DNA of 64,000 nt from an uncultured Kofleriaceae bacterium (GTDB taxonomy: Bacteria > Myxococcota_A > Polyangia > GCA-2747355 > CAZCFB01): contig CAZCFB010000006.1 of assembly GCA_964497805.1 (NCBI GenBank), positions 1,251 through 65,250 of the forward strand. The letters are read 5' to 3'. The position numbers and the translations under genes are program-made. Below are positions 26,545-35,261 of the stretch, piece by piece (position 1 is the first letter of the stretch; each line of letters opens with the position of its first letter). The notes beneath the pieces were generated by a model that saw only the letters and a list, made by a program, of their open reading frames with translations, was not told the DNA's origin and did not search any database.

Positions 26545-27191
26545 TTCGTGGGCGACCAGGACGCCTCGCGCAGGAAGCTCTCGTTGAGGTACGCCTTCTC
26601 GATGACCTGGGCCATCTCCTCCGCGTCGCGGAAGTTGTCCCAGTCCACACGGATGGTGGGGATGGTCCTGGAGATGTCCCGGATGAAGATCTCGTACTGG
26701 TCGTACAGAGCCTTGAGGTATTCCAGGGTGAGGCCGCCCTCCACGTCCCGTTGGCGCTTGAGCACCCGCTCCATGGAGACCTCGGGCTTCACGTCGAGGT
26801 AGATGATCACGTTGGGCCGGCACATGAAGTTGCTCATGTGGCGGAACAGGTCCACGTAGGTGCGGTAGTCCCGCTCGTCCATCAGCTCCAACTTGACCAG
26901 CATGCGGGCGAACACCGCGTCCTCATAGATGGTGCGGTCCTGTACCCCGCCCTCGCCCTTCCAGATCACCTCCTGGTGCTGCTGGAAGCGGCGGTTGAGC
27001 AGGTAGATCTGAGTCGCGAAGCTGTAGCGCGCCGTGTCCCGGTAAAAGTCAGCCAGGTACTCGTTGTCCGCCACCGGTTCGTAGTAGACCGGCAGGTCCA
27101 GGTGGCTGCCCAGGGCCGTGGCCAGTGTGCTCTTGCCAGCGCCGATGATCCCGGCGATGCCGATGAACATTTTCGAGAGGGTCGATTCCAT
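26538..27191 (-). CDS. Deoxynucleoside kinase (dCK/dGK family)
   Basis: P-loop IGIAGIIGAGKST, YYEPVADNEYLADFY and the ERS-like region DRTIYEDAVFA. Confidence 0.85.
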   Translation of the reverse strand: MESTLSKMFIGIAGIIGAGKSTLATALGSHLDLPVYYEPVADNEYLADFYRDTARYSFATQIYLLNRRFQQHQEVIWKGEGGVQDRTIYEDAVFARMLVKLELMDERDYRTYVDLFRHMSNFMCRPNVIIYLDVKPEVSMERVLKRQRDVEGGLTLEYLKALYDQYEIFIRDISRTIPTIRVDWDNFRDAEEMAQVIEKAYLNESFLREASWSPTKS

Positions 27192-27236
27192 GGGGGGATG
27201 ATAATGAGTTGAGAGCCGAGAGTCGAGAGGCGACAG

Positions 27237-27274
27237 GCTGAAGCTGAAGCTGGAGCTGGAGCTTCAGCTTCAGC
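27237..27274 (-). terminator. Perfect 15-bp-stem hairpin 2 nt after the stop of the upstream (minus-strand) gene
   Basis: gctgaagctgaagct - ggagctgg - agcttcagcttcagc. There is no clear U-tract, so this could be a terminator or an RNA-stabilising hairpin. Confidence 0.5.
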
Positions 27275-27276
27275 TG

Positions 27277-28038
27277 TTACTGGTGCTGCGGCTGAGGCCG
27301 CGGCTTGGGCTTGCGCTTTTGCTGTTGCAGACGCTGCTGCTCAAGCTGCTGCTGCTTTCGGCGCTGGAGTTCAAGCAGCCGCTTCCGCTTCAGCTGGAGC
27401 TGCCTCAACTTCTCCTTCCGCTTCTTTTCGCGCGCCTTTCGCTCCTTCTCCTTCTTCTTGGCCGCCAGGCGCGATGCCTTGATGCGCTTCGATACCTTGC
27501 TGCTCACACCCAGGCGCCCCCGCTTGTAGACCCAGGAGTTGCGTACCTGCTTGTTGGCGCGCGACACATAGTGTCCGAACCCGGCCGTGTTATTGAACGG
27601 GCCAGCCGCCGCCACCGCGGCCGCCTGTCTGCCCCTGCCGAACCAGGACCGTTTCAGGGCCAGCATCCTGAAGCGAGCCCGCTTCCACATGCGCCGCCAG
27701 TAGTTGCGCTGGTTGTTCTCGCGCCGCTCCATCTGCTTCAGCTTCTGGCGCCGCGCCTTCTGCATGGACAGGTGCTGTTTCACCGTGGCGGTGAAGCGCT
27801 TGGCGCCGGAGTACTTGCCTCGCTTGGAGAGCTTGCCGAAGTAGAAGCTGGCCCGGCGGCACATGGGGATGTCCGGGGTGCGCTTGCACAGCTGGATGAA
27901 CTGCTTGAAGGTCTTGATCTTCTTGCCCCAGGTGTTCTCCGATGTGGCCCGCGCCTGGGCGGATCCCTCCGCCAGGATGAAGGCGCCTGCCAGGGCAACG
28001 CAGACGATCACGGCGCGGAGTTGCGACTTCAAGACCAT
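27277..28038 (-). CDS. Secreted, extremely Lys/Arg/Gln-rich hypothetical protein
   Basis: The signal peptide is MVLKSQLRAVIVCVALAGAFILAEGSAQA. The C-terminal third is a charged, coiled-coil-like tract (KKKEKERKAREKKRKEKLRQLQLKRKRLLELQRRKQQQLEQQRLQQQKRKPKPRPQPQ). Confidence 0.55.
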   Translation of the reverse strand: MVLKSQLRAVIVCVALAGAFILAEGSAQARATSENTWGKKIKTFKQFIQLCKRTPDIPMCRRASFYFGKLSKRGKYSGAKRFTATVKQHLSMQKARRQKLKQMERRENNQRNYWRRMWKRARFRMLALKRSWFGRGRQAAAVAAAGPFNNTAGFGHYVSRANKQVRNSWVYKRGRLGVSSKVSKRIKASRLAAKKKEKERKAREKKRKEKLRQLQLKRKRLLELQRRKQQQLEQQRLQQQKRKPKPRPQPQHQ

Positions 28039-28077
28039 ATCCTCTCATACCTCTTAATGGCGCCCAGAATCAAGGGC

Positions 28078-28794
28078 TCACCTCAGCGACAGCCCCCCGT
28101 CCACGGTCAAGATGGAGCCGGTCTGGTACGCCTCTCCGGCCAGGAAGCACACCGCCCGCGCCACATCTCCAGGCTCGCCGCGCCGCCCCATTGGCACCCG
28201 GGACTCCAGCCGCCGAACCTGCTCCGGGTCCATGTCCTCGGCAGGCAGCACCAGCCCCGGCGTCACCCCGCACACCCGCACCCTCGGCGCCAGCTCCAGG
28301 GCAAGGCAGCGGGTCAGCATCTCCAGGCCGGCCTTGGCCACGCAGTGGTGCGCGTACCCCCGCCACGGCTTGCGCGCCGCCAGGTCCAGCACGTTGATGA
28401 TGGCCCCGCCCTCCGCCATCCCCGGGGCGATCCGCCTGGCCAGGGCCGCCGGAGAGAGCAGCACCAGCTGCACGGTCTGTTGCCAGAGCGCCTCGTCCGC
28501 CTCCAGGAAGCCCTGCCGGGTAAAGGCCGCCGCGCTGTTGACCCACACCGCCACCGGGCCGCCCTCCAGGGAGAGCACCTCACGGGCCAGGGCCTCGGCC
28601 CCCTCCGGGCGGGAAAGATCCGCGGCCACGGCCACCGCCCGCCGGTCCCCCCGGCACAGCTCACGCGCCTGCTCCTCCGAGCGGTGGTAGTGCACCACCA
28701 CCCTGGCGCCCCGGGCCTGCAGCTCCTCCACGATGGCCCGGCCCAGGCGGCGCGCGCCCCCGGTCACCACGGCTAGCTTGTCTTTGAGGTCCAC
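28078..28794 (-). CDS. Short-chain dehydrogenase/reductase (SDR); possibly pteridine-related given the divergent folE
   Basis: The cofactor motif is VTGGARRLGRAI, and NSAA and CVAKAGLEML regions are present. The pteridine link is inferred from context only. Confidence 0.75.
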   Translation of the reverse strand: MDLKDKLAVVTGGARRLGRAIVEELQARGARVVVHYHRSEEQARELCRGDRRAVAVAADLSRPEGAEALAREVLSLEGGPVAVWVNSAAAFTRQGFLEADEALWQQTVQLVLLSPAALARRIAPGMAEGGAIINVLDLAARKPWRGYAHHCVAKAGLEMLTRCLALELAPRVRVCGVTPGLVLPAEDMDPEQVRRLESRVPMGRRGEPGDVARAVCFLAGEAYQTGSILTVDGGLSLR

Positions 28795-28814
28795 GGTGGG
28801 CAGAATACCACGAT

Positions 28815-28923
28815 CAGTGAAGCCCCCGAGGCAGGAGCCCCGGCCGCTTCACTGCGGGCCTTCGGCCCGAATCGTTGTTTCGCCTGGCGCCGCCAGGCTG
28901 TGGCCGGGCGCCGAACGCCCGGC
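28815..28923 (+). repeat. Structured four-hairpin intergenic repeat module, copy B (compact, 109 nt)
   Basis: H1 is cagtgaagc...gcttcactg (9-bp perfect stem). H2 is cgggcc-ttc-ggcccg followed by aatcgttgttt. H3 is gcctggcg-c-cgccaggc, then the spacer tgt. H4 is gccgggcg-ccgaa-cgcccggc. The module ends 40 nt upstream of the folE ATG. Confidence 0.85.
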
Positions 28924-28963
28924 AGATCATTGGAGTTCGCAAGCCACTTGGAGGAGTAGCACC

Positions 28964-29533
28964 ATGCTCGACAAAGCAGCCATCGCCCAGGCAGTGGAGC
29001 GCCTCCTCACCGCCATGGAGCTGAACCCCGAAAGCGCGGACTTTGCCGAGACCCCGGCCCGGGTGGCCGAGCTCTGGACGGCCGAGTTCCTCTCCGGATA
29101 CGACATGGATCCCAAGGAGATCCTGGCCAACCCCATCGAGGGCGAGGCCGATCCGGACGCGGTGTTTGTCACGGATCTCACCTTCCACTCCATGTGCCCC
29201 CACCACCTGCTGCCATCCCGGGGCCGGGCCCACGTGGCCTACATCCCGGACGGGCGCCTGGTGGGCTTCGGGCGCGTGGCCAAGCTGGTGGCCTGCTACA
29301 CACAGCGGTTCACCCTGCAGGAGCGGGCCACCCACCAGGTGGCCAACGCCCTGATGACCTTCCTCTCCGCGCGGGGGGCCGGGTGCGTCATGGAGTCCGA
29401 GCAGCTCTGCCTGGCCATCCCCGGTGACAAGCACCAGAGCAGCCGCGTGCTGACCAGCGCCTTCGCGGGCGAGTTCCGCGAGCGGGAGGACCTGCGGGCC
29501 AGGCTAATGGCAGCCGCGGGCCGCTCCGGATAA
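28964..29533 (+). CDS. folE: GTP cyclohydrolase I (FolE type 1)
   Basis: TPARVAELW, FHSMCPHHLLP (Zn-binding CxHH region), FTLQERAT. I place the start at ATG 28964, preceded by ggagga. Confidence 0.9.
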   Translation: MLDKAAIAQAVERLLTAMELNPESADFAETPARVAELWTAEFLSGYDMDPKEILANPIEGEADPDAVFVTDLTFHSMCPHHLLPSRGRAHVAYIPDGRLVGFGRVAKLVACYTQRFTLQERATHQVANALMTFLSARGAGCVMESEQLCLAIPGDKHQSSRVLTSAFAGEFREREDLRARLMAAAGRSG

Positions 29534-29535
29534 GC

Positions 29536-30174
29536 ATGGACAAGGACGCCCTCACCACGCTGTACCTGGTGCGTCACGGCGAGGTGGACTCGGACGGCTG
29601 CTTCTACGGCCACATGGACGTGCAGCTGTCGGAGCGCGGCCGCCGCCAGGCCGAGAACGTGGCGCGCACCCTGGCCACCGTGCCCCTGCGCGCCATCCAG
29701 GCCAGCGATCTAACCCGCGCCTCCGAGGGCGCCCGCCTCATCGCGGAGCGGCATGGCCTCACCCCGAGCACGGATCCCGCCTACCGTGAGATGAGCCTCG
29801 GCCTGATGGAGGGGGTTCCCTATGACGAGGCGCGCCGCCGCCACCCGGAGCTGGCCACCAAGCGGTACAGCGACATGTACGCCTACCGCTTCCCGGGCGG
29901 CGGGGAGAACATGGCCGACGTGGAGGCGCGGGCCATGCCGGCCCTGGACCGCCTGCTGCGCGCCCACCCTGGCCAGGCGGTGGCCCTGGTGGCCCACAAC
30001 AGCGTCAACCGCGTCATCGTTGGCCGCGCCCTGGGCCTGGAGCTGGCGGGTGTGTTCGATTTCGTCCAGGATTTCTGTTGCGTGAACATTATCACCTACA
30101 AGTTGTCAGAAGATGGAGAGCTGACGCCGCGGGTGGAGCTGATGAACTGGACGCCGGAGGCTATTACTGGGTAA
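29536..30174 (+). CDS. Histidine phosphatase family protein (phosphoglycerate-mutase-like)
   Basis: The LYLVRHGE (RHG) motif and the second catalytic His region ALVAHNSV. Confidence 0.8.
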   Translation: MDKDALTTLYLVRHGEVDSDGCFYGHMDVQLSERGRRQAENVARTLATVPLRAIQASDLTRASEGARLIAERHGLTPSTDPAYREMSLGLMEGVPYDEARRRHPELATKRYSDMYAYRFPGGGENMADVEARAMPALDRLLRAHPGQAVALVAHNSVNRVIVGRALGLELAGVFDFVQDFCCVNIITYKLSEDGELTPRVELMNWTPEAITG

Positions 30175-30205
30175 AAGGCCCCGGTGGATTACCTAACGGT
30201 GATGA

Positions 30206-30433
30206 ATGCCCATATACGAATACATATGTAGTGGCTGCGACAACGAGTTCGAGGAGCTCGTCTTCAAGATGGACGAGAAGATCGACTGTCCCGAGTGTGG
30301 GTCGGCCAAGGTTGAGCGCGCCATGAGCGTGTTCAGCTACTCCAGCGGCGGCTCATACTCCTCGTCGCACGGCAGCTCCTGCGATGACTGTAACTCTGGC
30401 AACTGCGGCAATTGCGGCTGCGGCGGACACTGA
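30206..30433 (+). CDS. FmdB-family zinc-ribbon protein
   Basis: MPIYEYICSGCDNEFEELV...CPECGS is the CxxC...CxxC ribbon. The tail is Gly/Cys-rich (NCGNCGCGGH). Confidence 0.85.
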   Translation: MPIYEYICSGCDNEFEELVFKMDEKIDCPECGSAKVERAMSVFSYSSGGSYSSSHGSSCDDCNSGNCGNCGCGGH

Positions 30434-30434
30434 C

Positions 30435-30941
30435 ATGCCCATCAGACCCCTTGTTATTTATCCCGACCCGAGGCTCCGCGAGGAGAGCGTGAAGGTGGAG
30501 GACCCCACCAGCGTCAAGCAGCTGGTGGATGACATGGCCCAGACCATGTACGCCAACGACGGCGCCGGCCTGGCCGCCATCCAGGTTGGGGTGCCCCAGC
30601 AGATCTTCATGGTGGACTCGCCCATCGCCGGCGGCTCCGAGAAGGACCCGCCCATGGTGTTCATCAACCCGGAGGTGGTGGAGCTGAGCGAGGAGACGGA
30701 GACCGCGGATGAGGGGTGCCTCTCGTTCCCCGACATCTTCGTCCCGATCACGCGCTCCCTGCGCGCCAAGTTCCGCGCCACCGACCTCAACGGCGAGCGG
30801 TTCGAGGCCGAGGGGGATGGCCTGTTCGCCCGGGCCATGCAGCACGAGTTCGATCACCTCAACGGCAAGCTCATCGCCGACTTCGTGGGGCGCATCAAGC
30901 GCCAGCTGATCCAGCGCAAGCTGGCCAGGTCCCAGGGCTGA
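30435..30941 (+). CDS. def: Peptide deformylase
   Basis: The three motifs are GAGLAAIQVG, EGCLSFP and HEFDHLNG. I chose the start at ATG 30435 (MPIRPLVIYPDP). Confidence 0.92.
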   Translation: MPIRPLVIYPDPRLREESVKVEDPTSVKQLVDDMAQTMYANDGAGLAAIQVGVPQQIFMVDSPIAGGSEKDPPMVFINPEVVELSEETETADEGCLSFPDIFVPITRSLRAKFRATDLNGERFEAEGDGLFARAMQHEFDHLNGKLIADFVGRIKRQLIQRKLARSQG

Positions 30942-32089
30942 TGCAGGCCGAGCCGCAGAAGGTGTTCCGCGCCACGCTGGCGGCGGCCCTTCTGCCGGGC
31001 GCCGGGCACTTCCTCCTGGGCCGCCCCCGCGCGGGGGTGCTCTTTGCCCTGGCCGCCGCGGGCGCGCTGGCCGCCGGGCTGACCCACGCCATGGTGGGGC
31101 TGGAGTTCCTGGACGCCACCCTCGGCTCCTTCCTACTCGCCCACCTGCTGCGCAGCGCGGCCCTGCTCCACGCCTTCTCGGTGCTGGATGCCTACCTGTT
31201 GGGGCTGGATCCCCAGGGCGCCTGGACTCCCCGCCGCCGCCGCCTCGCCGTGGTCCTTAACGTGCTCGTGCCGGGGCTCGGCTACCTCTACATCCGGGCC
31301 TGGATCCGGACGCTCACCGGCCTCGCCCTGGTGGTGGTGTTCCTCTACTTCGCCCAGGCTGGCCACCACCCGTACCTGGACCCAATCTTCGTGGCCATGC
31401 AGGCTCTGATGGCGGTGGCCGTGTACCGTCAGGTCAGGATCCAGGAGACCGGCGGGGGCGGCGACATGATGGCCGCGGCCGAGCGCAAACCCCGCGCGGC
31501 TGTGCCCGCGCCGGTGCAGGTTCAGTCGGCGCAGGTGGTGATCCTGGTGGTGGGGGTGCTGGCCTTGCTGACCCTGGGCCTGGTGGTGCAGGAGCGTCTG
31601 CTCCCCTCGGGCGTCATGGGGCTGAATGAGGAAGACATTCGCCACGCGGAGACTGCGGAGGGGGTGCGGTTTCAGGTGGCGCCCCTGGGCTTTTCCATGA
31701 CCGCCGTTGGCAAGGGGTGGTCCGTGATGCCCCAGGGCGCTGGCTCCCTTTTCCGCGCGGTCAACGAGCGGGAGGGTGAGCTGAAGGTGGGGATCCAGCT
31801 GATCCCGGCCTTCATGCGGGCCGAGCGGTTCATGGGCAAGCTGGTCAAGCTGGGCCAGGATCAGGGCTACACCCTGGCCAAGAGGTCAGACCTGGAGCTG
31901 GGGGGGAACAACGCGATCCAGCTCCGCTTCACCGGCAAGTTTTCCCACAGCGAGCAGGACTTTTGGATCGTGGCCGTGCCCCGTGGGCGCCTGGCCTTCG
32001 TGATCATGATGAAGTGCCGCAAGGCCTCCTGCGCTGCCCTGGCGCCAGATCTGGAGAAATCAAGGGACAGCTTCAATATCTCATACTAA
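30941..32089 (+). CDS. Membrane protein of unknown function (N-terminal multi-TM, C-terminal soluble domain)
   Basis: Hydrophobic helices span about aa 10-190. The start ATG 30941 overlaps the def stop (TGATG). No motif recognised. Confidence 0.5.
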   Translation: MQAEPQKVFRATLAAALLPGAGHFLLGRPRAGVLFALAAAGALAAGLTHAMVGLEFLDATLGSFLLAHLLRSAALLHAFSVLDAYLLGLDPQGAWTPRRRRLAVVLNVLVPGLGYLYIRAWIRTLTGLALVVVFLYFAQAGHHPYLDPIFVAMQALMAVAVYRQVRIQETGGGGDMMAAAERKPRAAVPAPVQVQSAQVVILVVGVLALLTLGLVVQERLLPSGVMGLNEEDIRHAETAEGVRFQVAPLGFSMTAVGKGWSVMPQGAGSLFRAVNEREGELKVGIQLIPAFMRAERFMGKLVKLGQDQGYTLAKRSDLELGGNNAIQLRFTGKFSHSEQDFWIVAVPRGRLAFVIMMKCRKASCAALAPDLEKSRDSFNISY

Positions 32090-32104
32090 TCGAAGCGTTG
32101 CGCC

Positions 32105-32977
32105 CTAATTGCTAATGTCGATTCTGTAGATGTCGCCGGCAGTGACCGCCCGCTGTAGCGCCGTGATCAACAGCCGGTGGCTGCCGCGCTCCAGGCGCAC
32201 CCGGGCCAGCAGGGGCGCGCTGCCGAGCAGGGCCAGATCCCCCATGGCGTCCAGCACCTTGTGCCGCACCGGCTCCTGCATCAGGCGGGTGCCGCCCGGA
32301 TTGATTACCCGTCCCTGGGGGGTCAAGGCCAGCACGTTGCGCATGCTCGCCCCCCGGGCCAGTCCCGAGGCGCGCAGGCGTGGGGCGTCCGCCGCGAAGC
32401 CGAAGGTGCGGGCGGGCGCGATGCGGGCCATGAAGTGGGCTGGATCCCCGGGCTCGAATGTCAGGCGTTGCCACTCCGGGCCGTGCCTCGCCGGCAACTC
32501 CACGGCCGCCTTCACCTCCGTGCGCTGGGACGGTGTGATCCAGCACAGGCCCTGGCCCAGGCGCTGGCATATGCTCCGCCGCACCCGCCACACCTCCCTT
32601 GCTGAGGTCCACGGGGGCGAGGATTCACTGCACGCCATCAGGGTCCGGGCAAAGGGCAGGGCGCTGCCGTCCAGGGCAGGCACCTCGGGGCCCTCCAGGA
32701 GCAGCTCGGCGTCCTGGATTCCGACCCCGGAGAGGGCGGCCAGCAGGTGCTCCGGGGTGGAGACGGCGGCATCACCCTCGCGCAGGACAGTGCGCCGCGC
32801 AGTGGGGAGGGCCCTGTCAATGAGCGCCGGGATCCTGGGGGCCCCGGGCAGGTCCTTGCGCACGAACCAGCGCCCGCTCCCCGGGGGTAGCGGACGGATC
32901 TCCAGGCAGGCCTGTTGACCGGAGTGGATACCAGAACCCTGCATGGGTGGACATGATCTGATCAGCTGACGGGGCAC
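32105..32977 (-). CDS. lpxC: UDP-3-O-acyl-N-acetylglucosamine deacetylase
   Basis: GSGIHSG, TPEHLLAALSGVGIQDAELLLEGPEVPALDGSALPF, and HKVLDAMGDLALLG. Confidence 0.9.
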   Translation of the reverse strand: MPRQLIRSCPPMQGSGIHSGQQACLEIRPLPPGSGRWFVRKDLPGAPRIPALIDRALPTARRTVLREGDAAVSTPEHLLAALSGVGIQDAELLLEGPEVPALDGSALPFARTLMACSESSPPWTSAREVWRVRRSICQRLGQGLCWITPSQRTEVKAAVELPARHGPEWQRLTFEPGDPAHFMARIAPARTFGFAADAPRLRASGLARGASMRNVLALTPQGRVINPGGTRLMQEPVRHKVLDAMGDLALLGSAPLLARVRLERGSHRLLITALQRAVTAGDIYRIDISN

Positions 32978-33061
32978 GGTGGATCATAGTACCCCAGGGG
33001 CGGATCAAGCACGGCGCTGAATGGTCGGGACTAACTCGGGGGTGGGCGGGGGTGGCGGGGA

Positions 33062-33256
33062 TCAGTCCTTGGCCTGGTAGAAGAGGGTGACGGTCAGGCA
33101 GTGGAACTCGCTATCAGAGCTCTGGGTCACGATCTTGTCGGTGATCTCCAGCTCGGGGTGCTTTCGCATCCAGCGGGTGATCGTTTCGCCCAGTTCCTCC
33201 CGCTCCCTGGCCTTTGTGGCCGAGAATACCTTGGCGCCGCTAAAAATCATGCCCAT
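33062..33256 (-). CDS. Small hypothetical protein (64 aa)
   Basis: The ORF has normal, non-low-complexity composition and is divergent from the next gene. No motif recognised. Confidence 0.35.
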   Translation of the reverse strand: MGMIFSGAKVFSATKAREREELGETITRWMRKHPELEITDKIVTQSSDSEFHCLTVTLFYQAKD

Positions 33257-33335
33257 CTCCTTTCAACATAGCTGGAAAATTCAATGCCATTTCGACTCGG
33301 GATTCGGTCTAGCATGTGGGACATCACCTGTCCAG

Positions 33336-34304
33336 ATGGCAAGGAGGCCGAGGGTGAGGCGGGTCAACGAGCTGGGTCCCAACATGCGGCGACGGTACGG
33401 CGGGCCGGTGCGGAAGGTTTGCCTGCGGCCGGGGACCACATGTCCCAACCGGGACGGAACGCTGGCCAGAGGAGGGTGCCTTTTCTGCGCCGAGCCAGAG
33501 CTGCTCCCCCCCGCGCCGGTGCCCCTTCAGCTGAAGCGGTCCCTGGCCCGGCTGGACCCGGCCATCCCGGTCATCGCCTACCTCCAGGACCACACCGCCA
33601 CCTACCTCCCGGCCCACAAGCTGGATGAGCTGCTCACCCTGCTGTGGCGTCACGAGCGTGTGGTGGGGATCTCTCTGGGCACGCGGCCGGACTGTCTCCC
33701 GCCGCCAGTGCTTGAGGTGTTGGCGAGGCACGCCCGGCCCCCCGCGGACCCGGGGGAGCGGCTGCTGGTGGAGCTCGGCTTGCAGACCGCCCACGATGAG
33801 ACCCTGTCCCTGCTCAACCGGCAGCACACGGTGGCTGACTTTGACGTCGCGGTGGCCGCCCTGCGCCAGGCGGGCGCCGCGGTGTGCGCCCATGTGGTGC
33901 TCGGCCTGCCCACCCCGGCCGCGCGCCCCGGGGAGGGCCTCGGCCGGGAGGGTGTGGACCACGCCCGGCGCACCGCCCTGCATTTGGGCGCGGTGGGCGT
34001 GCACGCCGTGAAGCTGCACAACTGCCATGTGCTGCGCCACACACCGCTGGAGCGCCTCCACGCGGAGGGGCGCTACGAGCCGCCGGATCTGGCCAGCTAC
34101 CTGGACCTGCTCGCGCACTTCCTGGAGCACCTGCCCGCGGAGGTGGAGATCCACCGCCTGGTGGGGGAGTCTCCGGCCGCCCGCCTGGTGGCGCCCGCGT
34201 TCACCGCGCAAAAAGCCACCACGTTACAGAAGCTGCGCGAGGAGCTGGACAGGCGCGGGCTGGTGCAGGGGAGCCGATGGCCCGGGCAGCCTCCCCGACG
34301 TTGA
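33336..34304 (+). CDS. Radical SAM protein, TIGR01212 (YhcC-like) family
   Basis: The characteristic unusual cluster motif is TTCPNRDGTLARGGCLFC. The TIM-barrel core follows. The start is uncertain (ATG 33336 or 33384). Confidence 0.8.
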   Translation: MARRPRVRRVNELGPNMRRRYGGPVRKVCLRPGTTCPNRDGTLARGGCLFCAEPELLPPAPVPLQLKRSLARLDPAIPVIAYLQDHTATYLPAHKLDELLTLLWRHERVVGISLGTRPDCLPPPVLEVLARHARPPADPGERLLVELGLQTAHDETLSLLNRQHTVADFDVAVAALRQAGAAVCAHVVLGLPTPAARPGEGLGREGVDHARRTALHLGAVGVHAVKLHNCHVLRHTPLERLHAEGRYEPPDLASYLDLLAHFLEHLPAEVEIHRLVGESPAARLVAPAFTAQKATTLQKLREELDRRGLVQGSRWPGQPPRR

Positions 34305-34334
34305 CAGGGATTCAGCCGAACCCTATAAATACCT

Positions 34335-35249
34335 GTGCTCGTGGAAGAACTCGCTCAAATCCGCTTCAGCGTACCCTCCGAAGCCATCGAACCGTTGGTA
34401 AACCTGCTCACCGAGGAAGGTGGCGGGGTTGAACAGCGTGACTCGGAGACCCTCAGCAAAGCCGCCGCCGGCAGGAGCGAAGTCCTGGTCTGGCTGGACA
34501 AGGACAAGGTGGACGCTCGTATCCGCCAGGTGGAGGTTCTGTTCGAATCCCTCAAGGAGATGGGCCTGGAGGTCGATCCCTGGGAATGGGACAAGTCCGA
34601 GGCCAAGGAGGAGGCCTGGAGCGAGGCGTACAAGGAGTTCTTCCCGGTCATCCACATGGGCCGCTTCCTGGTGATCAAGCCCACCTGGAAGGAGTACAAG
34701 GCCGCCTCTCACGAGCATGTCATCGAGATGGATCCGGGGCAGGCCTTCGGCACTGGCCTGCACGCCAGCACCACCCTGATGGTGCGCGCGCTGGATCGGC
34801 TGGCCCGTCGCGGTTCCCCCCCCGCCAGCGTGGTGGACGTGGGCACCGGCACCGGCATCCTGGCCATGGCCGCATGCAAGCTCTGGCCCGAGGCAGAGGT
34901 GCTGGCCATGGACAACGACCCGGTGGCGGTGGAGGTGTGCAAGGCGAACCTGGAGGCCAACAAGCTCGGCGACCGGGTGGAGCTCAGGGGCGGTTCGGCC
35001 AAAGAGCTCGAGCTGCCCGAGGGGAGCCAGTCCCTGGTCATGGCCAACCTCACCCGCGAGCTGCTGCTCAACCTGCAGACCAGGCTGGAGCGCCCCCTGG
35101 AGGAGTTTGGCCACCTGGTGGTGAGCGGGCTGCTCAACCATGAAGCGGCGGAGGTGTGCCGGGTGTTCAGCCAGAACCTCACCATCGAGCCGGAGGTGAC
35201 CATGGAGCAGGACGGCTGGACCTCCATCATCTTCCGGGCGCGTTCCTGA
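34335..35249 (+). CDS. prmA: Ribosomal protein L11 methyltransferase
   Basis: FPVIHMGRFLVIKPTW, IEMDPGQAFGTGLHASTT, and the SAM motif VVDVGTGTGILAMAA. Confidence 0.88.
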   Translation: MLVEELAQIRFSVPSEAIEPLVNLLTEEGGGVEQRDSETLSKAAAGRSEVLVWLDKDKVDARIRQVEVLFESLKEMGLEVDPWEWDKSEAKEEAWSEAYKEFFPVIHMGRFLVIKPTWKEYKAASHEHVIEMDPGQAFGTGLHASTTLMVRALDRLARRGSPPASVVDVGTGTGILAMAACKLWPEAEVLAMDNDPVAVEVCKANLEANKLGDRVELRGGSAKELELPEGSQSLVMANLTRELLLNLQTRLERPLEEFGHLVVSGLLNHEAAEVCRVFSQNLTIEPEVTMEQDGWTSIIFRARS

Positions 35250-35261
35250 TCCGCTGATTCC

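Noticed and set aside
28815-28923. The possibility that the structured element upstream of folE is a folate/THF-class riboswitch (the folE-associated THF-II motif)
   Set aside because: The same module also occurs upstream of a GH13 gene and a radical-SAM gene with no folate link. I could not match it from memory to the THF-II consensus. It is treated as a repeat family pending a covariance-model search.
33273-33288. A possible sigma-54 promoter (ctGGaaaattcaatGCc, with GG-N10-GC spacing) in the AT-richer divergent region upstream of the TIGR01212 rSAM gene
   Set aside because: Only the GG and GC dinucleotides and their spacing match. The flanks deviate from TGGCAC/TTGCW, and the downstream gene is housekeeping. 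The evidence is too weak to annotate.
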